DNA from: an uncultured Phycisphaeraceae bacterium
Lineage (GTDB): Bacteria > Planctomycetota > Phycisphaerae > Phycisphaerales > UBA1924
Direction of reading: 5' to 3'
Assembly (NCBI GenBank): GCA_964399525.1
Contig: CAYNRF010000001.1
Coordinates: forward strand, 2,125-50,844
DNA length: 48,720 nucleotides
Part shown: positions 1 through 8,341 of the stretch, one piece after another
Layout of the letters: every line of letters begins with the position of its first letter
How positions within the stretch are numbered: the first letter of the stretch is position 1
The notes under the pieces: generated by a model
Databases searched by the model: none
What the model was told of the DNA's origin: nothing
What the model saw: only the letters and a program-made list of their open reading frames with translations
Translations under genes and position numbers: made by a program

Positions 1-759
1 GGGGTTTGTCTGCTGCTGCCGTTCAGCCGCGGGCACACGGCCAAGGGCAACATCGACAAGGAGCCCTGGTCCTTCGGCCCGGAGGTCGAGGCCACCAGCC
101 GCCGCGCCCTCGAGCGCCGCTACCGGCTGATGCCGCACATCTACACGCAGTTCTGGATCAGCCACCAGACCGGCCTGCCCATCGCGGCTCCGTCCTTCTT
201 CGCCGATCCGACCGACCCCGCGCTGCGCAGCGAGGATGACTCGTTCCTGGTCGGCGACAGCCTGCTGGTGGCCGCCCGGGTGACGCCCGAGGCCGACCGC
301 GTGGCCGTGCTGCCGCGACCGGTGGACGGCGTGGCGTGGGCCCGGTTCGATTTCCCCTCGTTCGACGGTGGGCGGGACAGCAAGGACATCCACCAGCCCG
401 ACCTGTACATCCGGCCGGGCTCGATCATCACCGCGGCGCCCGTGACCCAGCACTTCGGCGACCGCCCGGATTCCCGGGACGAACTGCACCTGATCGTCCA
501 CCTCGGGGCCGACGGGACGGCCGAGGGCGTGCTCTATGAGGACGAGGGCGACGGCTGGGGCTTCCGGGACGGGGAGTACCTGCTGACCACCTACGAGGCC
601 CGGACGCGTCGCGACGGCTCGGTCGCGATCGGCATCAAGTCCGAAGAGGGCCGGATGCAGCGGCCTTCCCGGGCGGTGTATGTCCGATTGATCGACGGGG
701 ATCAGGAGCGGGAGATCTGGGGCGTGGACGGCGAAGAGATCGTCGTGCTGCGTCCCTGA
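1..759 (+). CDS. GH31 alpha-glucosidase, C-terminal fragment (5' end lies outside the window)
   Basis: Frame 1 is open from nt 1: GVCLLLPFSRGHTAKGNIDKEPWSFGPEVEATSRRALERRYRLMPHIYTQFW. This is the PFxRxH..EPW...RY.L.P..YT block that follows the GH31 catalytic barrel, and the distal beta-sandwich comes next. Stop TGA at 757-759. Tracked ORF 130-759 covers only the part after the first Met. Confidence 0.85.
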   Translation, partial: GVCLLLPFSRGHTAKGNIDKEPWSFGPEVEATSRRALERRYRLMPHIYTQFWISHQTGLPIAAPSFFADPTDPALRSEDDSFLVGDSLLVAARVTPEADRVAVLPRPVDGVAWARFDFPSFDGGRDSKDIHQPDLYIRPGSIITAAPVTQHFGDRPDSRDELHLIVHLGADGTAEGVLYEDEGDGWGFRDGEYLLTTYEARTRRDGSVAIGIKSEEGRMQRPSRAVYVRLIDGDQEREIWGVDGEEIVVLRP

Positions 760-811
760 CGCCGGCCGCCTCGGCACGGCGGCCATCGCGCGTCCCGAAC
801 CATGCGTGCGG

Positions 812-840
812 ACGCCCCGGCTCAGGCCGGGGCGTTTTCG
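812..840 (+). terminator. Rho-independent terminator after the GH31 gene
   Basis: ACGCCCCGGC-TCAG-GCCGGGGCGT forms a perfect 10-bp GC stem (812-835) followed by TTTTCG. The loop and right arm overlap the stop (822-824) and last codons of the convergent ABC ATPase gene. Confidence 0.6.
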
Positions 841-2405
841 TGACGGGCTGATTCGCGGGTCGCGAGGGTGAGGATGTTCTTCTGGGTCATGGCGGGGCCG
901 GTCAGTTCGCCCTGGATGCGGCCCTGCGCCATCACGAGGATGCGGTCGGACAAGGCCAGCAGCTCGGGCATCTCGCTGGAGACCAGCAGCACGGCCAGGC
1001 CGGCCGCGGCGGCTTCCTGAACGAGGCGGTAGACCTCGGCCTTGGTGCCGATGTCGATGCCGCGGGTGGGCTCGTCGAGCAGCAGGACCCGTGTGCCGTC
1101 GCGCATCCAGCGGGCGATCAGCAGTTTCTGCTGGTTGCCGCCCGACAGCTCGCCCGGGACCGTGCGGCGGACAGTGGCGGTCTTGATCTGGAACCGGGCG
1201 ACGCGGCCGACGACCTCGGCCAGCTCGGCCCGCAGATCGCGGATGCCGCCGCGGGCCAGATCGGGCATGATGGGGGCCAGGATGTTCTCGTCGATGGCCA
1301 GGTTGAAGAACAGCCCCTGCTGGCGGCGGTCCTCGGGCACGTAGCCCATGCCGGCGGTGATGGCGGCCCGGGGGCCGGTGCGCGGCACGGTGTGCCCGTT
1401 GACCTCGACGGTGCCGCCGGCGCGCGGGTCAAGGCCGAAGACGGCGTCGAGCAGCTCGGAGCGGCCCGCGCCGACGAGGCCGCCGATGCCGAGAATTTCC
1501 CCGGAGCGGACCTCGAACGAGGCGTGCTCGACCCGGCCGGGGGAGTGCAGGTCCGTGACCCGCAGATACACGGGCGCGTCGGCGCGGACCTCGTGCCCGG
1601 GGCCGGCCATGTCGGCCATGGCGTCCTCGGCCTTGGCGCCCGGGGTGGACAGGCGCCGGCCGATCATCTGCTCGACGAGCGTGGGCTCGTCGATGTTCTT
1701 GACCACGGAGGTGGCGACGAACCTGCCGTCACGCAGCACGCTGACGCGGTCGCAGCAGGCGAAGATCTCGCTCAACCGGTGGGAGACATAGATGATCGTC
1801 ACGCCGGCGGCGGCCAGATCCCGGGCGATGGCGAGCAGGCGGTCGGTCTCGTGGATGGACAGCGAGCTGGTCGGCTCGTCAAAGACGATGACCTTGGCGC
1901 CGCCGTGCGGGCCGTCCTCGTCGAGTGCGGCGGCGATCTGGCAGATCTGCCGGTGGCCCGGGCTGAGCAGGCCGAGGGGCTTGCGGACATCAATGGAAGG
2001 TTCGATCCGGTGGACCAGGCGGGCGGCGCGTTCCTCCATCGCCCGGAAGTCGACGGACAGGCCCTTGCGGGGGATGGCGTGCAGGCAGAGGTTCTCGGCC
2101 ACCGAGAGGTTGGGGCACTGGGCCAGTTCCTGGTGGACGATGCGCACGCCCGCGGCGAAGGCGTCGTCCAGTGAGCCGGGGGTCAGGGTGCGGCCGTCGA
2201 TGGTGACCGCGCCGGCGTCCTGCTTGTGCAGGCCGGCGATGACCTTGCCCAGGGTGCTCTTGCCCGCGCCGTTCTCGCCCATCAGGGCGTGGACCTCGCC
2301 CTTGAAGAACTCCACGCTCACATCGTCGAGCGCCTGGGTGATGCCGAAGCGCTTGGAGATGTGCTCGGCGCGGAGGAGGACGGGATGGGGGGAGGGACTG
2401 GCCAC
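822..2405 (-). CDS. Sugar ABC transporter ATP-binding protein with two fused ABC domains (CUT2, RbsA/MglA/XylG type)
   Basis: 527 aa. Walker A motifs GENGAGKST and GLVGAGRSE, signature LSGGNQQK, Walker B LLLDEPTRGID. GTG at 2405 is the only start codon in frame after the upstream stop. Confidence 0.93.
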   Translation of the reverse strand: MASPSPHPVLLRAEHISKRFGITQALDDVSVEFFKGEVHALMGENGAGKSTLGKVIAGLHKQDAGAVTIDGRTLTPGSLDDAFAAGVRIVHQELAQCPNLSVAENLCLHAIPRKGLSVDFRAMEERAARLVHRIEPSIDVRKPLGLLSPGHRQICQIAAALDEDGPHGGAKVIVFDEPTSSLSIHETDRLLAIARDLAAAGVTIIYVSHRLSEIFACCDRVSVLRDGRFVATSVVKNIDEPTLVEQMIGRRLSTPGAKAEDAMADMAGPGHEVRADAPVYLRVTDLHSPGRVEHASFEVRSGEILGIGGLVGAGRSELLDAVFGLDPRAGGTVEVNGHTVPRTGPRAAITAGMGYVPEDRRQQGLFFNLAIDENILAPIMPDLARGGIRDLRAELAEVVGRVARFQIKTATVRRTVPGELSGGNQQKLLIARWMRDGTRVLLLDEPTRGIDIGTKAEVYRLVQEAAAAGLAVLLVSSEMPELLALSDRILVMAQGRIQGELTGPAMTQKNILTLATRESARHENAPA

Positions 2406-2544
2406 TAGCCACTTGCCATTTGGGAACAGGATGGAAAAGGGGAGGTTCGCATTCTTAAAGAGTTGTTCCCATTCTGAACCCCAGTTGCCAGCGGCAGATG
2501 ATCAATGACGGGTGGCTAGTGGCTAGTGGCTAGTCGCCAGTCCC
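2394..2544 (-). repeat. Structured intercistronic element: 19-nt inverted repeat plus a (TGGCTAG)x3 heptamer array around a lower-GC core
   Basis: 2394-2412 GGGACTGGCCACTAGCCAC pairs with 2526-2544 GTGGCTAGTCGCCAGTCCC (18/19 complementary, 113-nt spacer). TGGCTAG occurs at 2513, 2520 and 2527, with a degenerate TCGCCAG at 2534. An inner stem is GGGAACA (2422-2428) / TGTTCCC (2464-2470). The element lies between the SBP stop (2553) and the ATPase GTG (2405). Confidence 0.7.
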
Positions 2545-2552
2545 TTCCTCAC

Positions 2553-3569
2553 TCAGTTGTTTCCCAGCCAGAGCTTCCAGTTCTCGCCGAAGGCCTCGAC
2601 GTTGTCGGGGGTGACGACGTCGAAGGTGGCGTAGACGAACTCGGACTCGGGGCTGCGGTCGAAGTGGAGCTTGTTCACGATCATCTCGACGGACTTCTCG
2701 CCCCAGCCGAAGTAGGGCTGGCCGACGAGGACCTGGACCTGGCCCTTGCGGACGTACTCGAGGGGCAGAGGGAGGGGGTCCATGGAGACGACCTTGGCGT
2801 TCTGGTAGATGCCGTCGAGGGCGTTGTCGGTGTAGAGGGGCCAGCCGCCGACGAGGGCCCAGCCGGTGATGTCGGGGTTGGCGGTCTGGACCTGCTGCAT
2901 CTTGGCGGCGGCCTCGGTGGCGGTCTCGGGGGTGAAGTTGTAGACGTTCTTGATGGTGATGCCGGGGAACTCGGCGGCGGCCTGCTGCACGCCGCGGACG
3001 CGGTTGCCCAGGTTGACGGCGGCGGGGTTGCCGGTCAGGACGGCGACGGTGCCCTGGCCGCCCATGACCTCGGCCAGCTGACGCATCACTTCCATGCCGG
3101 CCTGGGTGTCGTCCACGCCGTAGTAGGCCATGCGGCCGGATTCGGGGGCGTCGGAGTCGAAGGTGACGACGACGATGCCCTTCTCCACGGCCGCCTTGAG
3201 GGCGCTGTTGAGGATGTTGGCGTCGGTCACGGAGATGGCGATGCCGTCGACGCCGGAGGCGACGAGCTGCTCGACGTACTGGGCCTGGAGCTGGGCGTCT
3301 TCCTGCGGGGGCGTGTTCCACTGGACGCGGACATTCACGCCGAGCTCATCGCTGAGGCGCTGGCCGGCGGCCTCGGCGCCGGTGCGGGCGGCCTGGAAGA
3401 CGGGGTTGGCGTTGCTCTTGGCGATCACGCCGATGGTGTAGGTGGTATCGGCGGCGGTGGGGGCGTTCCCGCCGGGGGCGGCGGCCGGGGACTCGCTGGC
3501 CTTCTTGCAGCCGGTGGCGGCCAGGGCGGCGGCGAGCAGGAGGGCGGGGGTCAGGCGGGTGGTGTGCAT
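2553..3569 (-). CDS. Sugar ABC transporter substrate-binding lipoprotein (RbsB/LacI-type periplasmic binding fold)
   Basis: 338 aa. Signal peptide with lipobox (MHTTRLTPALLLAAALAATGCKK). YTIGVIAKSNANPVFQAA and VVTFDSD blocks are typical of type-I PBPs. GGGAGA lies 7 nt upstream of ATG 3569. Confidence 0.9.
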   Translation of the reverse strand: MHTTRLTPALLLAAALAATGCKKASESPAAAPGGNAPTAADTTYTIGVIAKSNANPVFQAARTGAEAAGQRLSDELGVNVRVQWNTPPQEDAQLQAQYVEQLVASGVDGIAISVTDANILNSALKAAVEKGIVVVTFDSDAPESGRMAYYGVDDTQAGMEVMRQLAEVMGGQGTVAVLTGNPAAVNLGNRVRGVQQAAAEFPGITIKNVYNFTPETATEAAAKMQQVQTANPDITGWALVGGWPLYTDNALDGIYQNAKVVSMDPLPLPLEYVRKGQVQVLVGQPYFGWGEKSVEMIVNKLHFDRSPESEFVYATFDVVTPDNVEAFGENWKLWLGNN

Positions 3570-3614
3570 GGAAGGTCTCCCGGAGAGGGGGTGGTTCGTT
3601 CGGATCGGAGGATA

Positions 3615-4787
3615 TCAGCCCTTGCGGGCGGCGAGACGCTGCTTGGTCTGGTCGACCACGACGGCCACGATGATGGCCGCGCCCATGACGATCTGGTTGT
3701 AGTTGGGATCCACGCCCAGGATGATCATGGCGTTGTTGATGAGCTGGATGACGATGGCGCCGAGAACGGCCCCGATGGCCGTGCCGCGACCGCCCATCAG
3801 CGAGGCGCCCCCGATGACCGTGGCGGCGATGACCTGCAGTTCGTAGGCCTGGCCGGCGTTGGTCTCGGCGGCCCCGTAGTACCCGATGGCCGCGCACGCG
3901 GACAGGCCGGCCAGAGCCCCCACGATGGTGTAGACGATGATCTTGACGCGGCCGACGGGGATGCCCGCGTACCGGGCGGCGGTCTCGTTGCCGCCGATGG
4001 CAAAGACCCGCCGCCCGAACACCGTGCGGGCCAGGACGAACCAGCCGGCGACGGCCACGAGCAGCATCAGGATGACCGGCACCGGCTGGACCCCGGCGAT
4101 CTCGGCCTTGAAGAACCCCGAGGTGAAGGAGTTGGGGAACCCGCCGATCGACTGCGTGTTGCGGATCTCGCTGGGCAGGACGAGCGTCAGACCGCGCAGC
4201 GCCGCCATCATGCCCAGCGTGATCACGAACGGGTGGACGCGCAGCCCCACGGTCATCGAGCCGTTGGCCAGCCCGCACAGCGCGCCGACGCTCACGCAGA
4301 CCAGGACGCCCACGGGGATGCTGATCAGCCAGCCCGCGTCGGGCGGCAGGGACGACATCGCCATGGCGCCGACGATCGCCGAGAGCCCGTAGATCGAACC
4401 GACCGACAGGTCGATGCCCGCCAGGATGATGACGGCGGTCATGCCCACGGCCATGATGGCGATGAAACTGGCGTCCTTGGCCACGAGCACGAGGTTCGAC
4501 CGGTTGAGGAACGCGTTGGAGGTCTGCTGCCCGAACAGGGTTCTGCGGGCCGATTCATAGCGCCATCCGTCGGCGGCCCGGTAGGTGGTCGAGGAGCCGT
4601 CCGGGCCGGTGACCTGGAACCCGCTGATCTCGGTGCGGGCCAGGGTGCCCGGCTCGCGGGGCTGGCCCTCGAGATCGAGCACGGTGATGACCGCGTCGGG
4701 CGCGATCTGGACGGGGATGTTGCGCTTGATGGGATTGAGCGCGCCGTAGACGGTCAGGCCCAGGCCCATCAGCAGGATGACGAGCAC
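3615..4787 (-). CDS. Sugar ABC transporter permease (RbsC/XylH type); start codon uncertain
   Basis: 390 aa from GTG 4787. The AVGMTAVIILAGIDLSVGS block and about 10 hydrophobic segments are typical of the BPD_transp_2 family. About 75 extra residues follow TM1. The in-frame upstream sequence also looks like genuine N-terminus but has no start codon (see findings). Confidence 0.85.
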   Translation of the reverse strand: MLVILLMGLGLTVYGALNPIKRNIPVQIAPDAVITVLDLEGQPREPGTLARTEISGFQVTGPDGSSTTYRAADGWRYESARRTLFGQQTSNAFLNRSNLVLVAKDASFIAIMAVGMTAVIILAGIDLSVGSIYGLSAIVGAMAMSSLPPDAGWLISIPVGVLVCVSVGALCGLANGSMTVGLRVHPFVITLGMMAALRGLTLVLPSEIRNTQSIGGFPNSFTSGFFKAEIAGVQPVPVILMLLVAVAGWFVLARTVFGRRVFAIGGNETAARYAGIPVGRVKIIVYTIVGALAGLSACAAIGYYGAAETNAGQAYELQVIAATVIGGASLMGGRGTAIGAVLGAIVIQLINNAMIILGVDPNYNQIVMGAAIIVAVVVDQTKQRLAARKG

Positions 4788-4962
4788 CAGCCCCGATTCC
4801 TGATGCCCGAAGAGGCCGGCGAGCCGCCGGCGATTGGAGCCCGGTTGTCCTTGGCGGGAGGCGGAGAGATCGGTCCCGGTGCCTTCCTGGGGGGGCCGGG
4901 CTGGCGCGTGGTTCGGCGCCCGCGGGTCGTCGCCCCGGCCCGGCCTGCACGGGCCGACTCGA

Positions 4963-6000
<1,038 letters not shown>

Positions 6001-6103
6001 GGTTCCCTCAATGCCGGTCAGACCGGCCTCATGCAGTGCGGCCGCTGGGCGGCCTCGTCCCTCAACGAGAGTCTAACGGAAAATCCCTCCCGAGGTCAAC
6101 CGA

Positions 6104-8173
6104 ATGTGCTTTCGTACTTTGACAGTTGCGCTGGTCGCCCTTTTTTCGGTGGTTGGGGCCGAGGCCCGTGGACGGGGCGATGTCTCCGTGGTGGTGGTGT
6201 CCCGAGATCCGGGCGTGCTCGAGGTGCGGGTCCCGCTGCTGGACTTGGCCCACGCGGCCGGCATGGCGATCCGCGTCGTCGGGACCGCGGAGCAGGGCGA
6301 CGGGGGCGGATGGGCGGCGGTGCGGGCGGTCGGGGCCGAGGAGCCGGGGGTCGGGGGGGTCGGGGGGGTGGGGGTGGCCCGGGTCGTGGTCCCGGGGGGG
6401 TTGCGGGGATCGCGGACGGTGCGGCTGGAGATCCGAGCGGCGGGACCGGAGAGCGGCGGGGCGGGCCGGACCGTGGAGTTCGTGGTCGGCCAACCGACCG
6501 CGGCGGAGGTGCCGGACTGGTCCAAGGGACTGGTCTGGTATCAGGTTTTTCCTGAACGGTTCCGCAACGCCAACCCGGGCAACGACCCGTTCGGCTGGCA
6601 CGCGACGACCGTGGCGTGGGACCAGCCGATCGATGCGGCGACGATCGAGGAGATCGAGCTGCAGTGGAACAGGCGGGCGGTGTCGCCGCGGTTCTTCTCG
6701 AACGATCCCGACCGGTGGTGGGGGGCGGCGGGGCAGGTGATCTTTGAGAAGCGCTACGGCGGGGACCTGCAAGGGGTGGTGGAGAAACTGGATGAACTGG
6801 CCGCGTTGGGGGTGACGGGGCTGTATCTGTGCCCGGTGTTCGAGGCGCGGTCGCTGCACAAATACGAGACGAGCGACCACCGGCATGTGGATCCGACGCT
6901 GGGGCATCCGGGGGTTCCCGGGCCGGAGGACCGGTCGGGCGAGGACCCGCTGGACGAGACGACCTGGGGCTGGGAGCCGGCGGACCGCTACCTGATCGAC
7001 GTGCTGCTGCCCGAGGCCCGCAGGCGGGGGATGCGGGTGATCCTCGACGGCGTGTGGAACCACGTGGGCACGGACCATTTCGCGTTCCGGGATGTCCTGG
7101 AAAAGGGGCAGGAATCGGTGTACGCCGACTGGTTCCGCGTCAACTTCGACGAGGAAGGCCGGGTGATGTCGTACGAGGCGTGGGACCGGCCCAACGGCGG
7201 GCTGCCGGAGTTCCGCCAGACGCCCGAGGGCGATCTGGCGCCGGGGCCGAAGGCGCACATCGCGGCGGTGACAAGGCGGTGGATGGACCCCGACGGGGAC
7301 GGGGATCCCAGCGACGGCATCGACGGCTGGCGGCTGGACGTGGCCCCGGACATCGGGCGGGTGTTCTGGAACGAGTGGCGCGGGCTGGTGCGGTCGATCA
7401 ACCCGGAGGCGCTGCTGGTGGGGGAGATCTGGACGGACGCCGAGCTGTGGTTCAACGGCGTGGCGTTCGATGCGCAGATGAACTATCCGATGGCGTATCC
7501 GATCACGGACTGGCTGTCGCTGGCGCGGGACGACACGGACGCGGCCCGGTTCGCCGCCCGGGTGCACGCGGCGCTCAACCACCATCCGGCGCACGATCTG
7601 GCGCAGATGACGCTGATCGCCTCGCACGATACGGAGCGGGGGGCGTCGCTGATGCAGAACGATTTCCCCCGGCAGTTCGACAACGGGGCCACGCCGTGGT
7701 CGCAGGCCTACGACCGGGGCCCGGCGGGTGAGGAGGCCAAACGCCGGTTGCTGGCGGCGTTTGCCCTGCTGGCGGTGCTGCCGGGGTCGCCGATGGTGTA
7801 CAACGGGGACGAGTTCGCGATGGCGGGGGCGGACGATCCGGACAACCGACGCCCGATCCCGTGGGCGGATCTGGGAGGCGGCGGGGAGGGGCTGGATCTG
7901 GCGTTCCGGGATCGGCTGGCCGCGATGCTGGCGTGGCGGGCGGAGCCGGTGGTGGGGGCCGTGCTGCGGTCCGGGGCGGTGCAGGTGGCGGCAGGTCCGG
8001 GTGATCAGGTGGTGGTGCGTCGGTGGCTCGGCGGGGTGATGGTGGAGGCGGCCATCGCCCGATCGGGGGAACCCGCTTTCGAGGAGTCCCCCTCGAATTG
8101 GGGTGTTTCGCGGGATCTTGGGGTGGAAGGGCCGGTTCGGCTGCGTGTGCTGGAGTGGGAAGGCGTCCGATAA
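6104..8173 (+). CDS. Secreted GH13 alpha-amylase-family glycosidase (neopullulanase/cyclomaltodextrinase-like)
   Basis: 689 aa with a signal peptide. GH13 conserved regions are VILDGVWNHVG (I), GWRLDVAPDI (II), GEIW (III) and LIASHDT (IV). Confidence 0.9.
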   Translation: MCFRTLTVALVALFSVVGAEARGRGDVSVVVVSRDPGVLEVRVPLLDLAHAAGMAIRVVGTAEQGDGGGWAAVRAVGAEEPGVGGVGGVGVARVVVPGGLRGSRTVRLEIRAAGPESGGAGRTVEFVVGQPTAAEVPDWSKGLVWYQVFPERFRNANPGNDPFGWHATTVAWDQPIDAATIEEIELQWNRRAVSPRFFSNDPDRWWGAAGQVIFEKRYGGDLQGVVEKLDELAALGVTGLYLCPVFEARSLHKYETSDHRHVDPTLGHPGVPGPEDRSGEDPLDETTWGWEPADRYLIDVLLPEARRRGMRVILDGVWNHVGTDHFAFRDVLEKGQESVYADWFRVNFDEEGRVMSYEAWDRPNGGLPEFRQTPEGDLAPGPKAHIAAVTRRWMDPDGDGDPSDGIDGWRLDVAPDIGRVFWNEWRGLVRSINPEALLVGEIWTDAELWFNGVAFDAQMNYPMAYPITDWLSLARDDTDAARFAARVHAALNHHPAHDLAQMTLIASHDTERGASLMQNDFPRQFDNGATPWSQAYDRGPAGEEAKRRLLAAFALLAVLPGSPMVYNGDEFAMAGADDPDNRRPIPWADLGGGGEGLDLAFRDRLAAMLAWRAEPVVGAVLRSGAVQVAAGPGDQVVVRRWLGGVMVEAAIARSGEPAFEESPSNWGVSRDLGVEGPVRLRVLEWEGVR

Positions 8174-8341
8174 ATCGGCCCAAAGCTCGGTCGGAGGGGG
8201 CAAAATCAGCAGAGAAGTCTGGCGTTCGGAAACGAGTTTCGCTATCCTGAGAATCCTGTGGCATACTCCGCCCGTGGCGTGTGCCATGCAAGAGCAGGAC
8301 GGCGGGAAGCCGCCGGCACGTTTGTGATGAGGGAGTTCCAA

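Noticed and set aside
2431-2508. 25-codon plus-strand ORF (MEKGRFAFLKSCSHSEPQLPAADDQ) inside the lower-GC intercistronic element, antisense to the ABC operon.
   Set aside because: It has no convincing SD or promoter and is too short to evaluate by composition. The region is better explained as RNA structure on the minus strand. Only Ribo-seq would justify revisiting it.
2394-2544. MITE or mobile-element interpretation of the 19-bp inverted repeats, and a CRISPR-like reading of the TGGCTAG heptamers.
   Set aside because: There is no target-site duplication (flanks GGA / TTC). No second copy is visible in the 48.7 kb. No transposase is present. The left arm supplies the ATPase start codon. Heptamer repeats without spacers are not a CRISPR array. 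The region is kept as a structured-RNA finding with MITE origin only as an untested alternative.
4555-4950. 131-aa ORF starting at GTG 4950 as a possible N-terminal extension of the permease through a frameshift in the G7/C7 run.
   Set aside because: Its translation (MQAGPGRRPAGAEPRASPAPPGRHRDRS...) is not protein-like. I cannot verify a sequencing error from the sequence alone. It is mentioned only as one explanation for the missing start codon.
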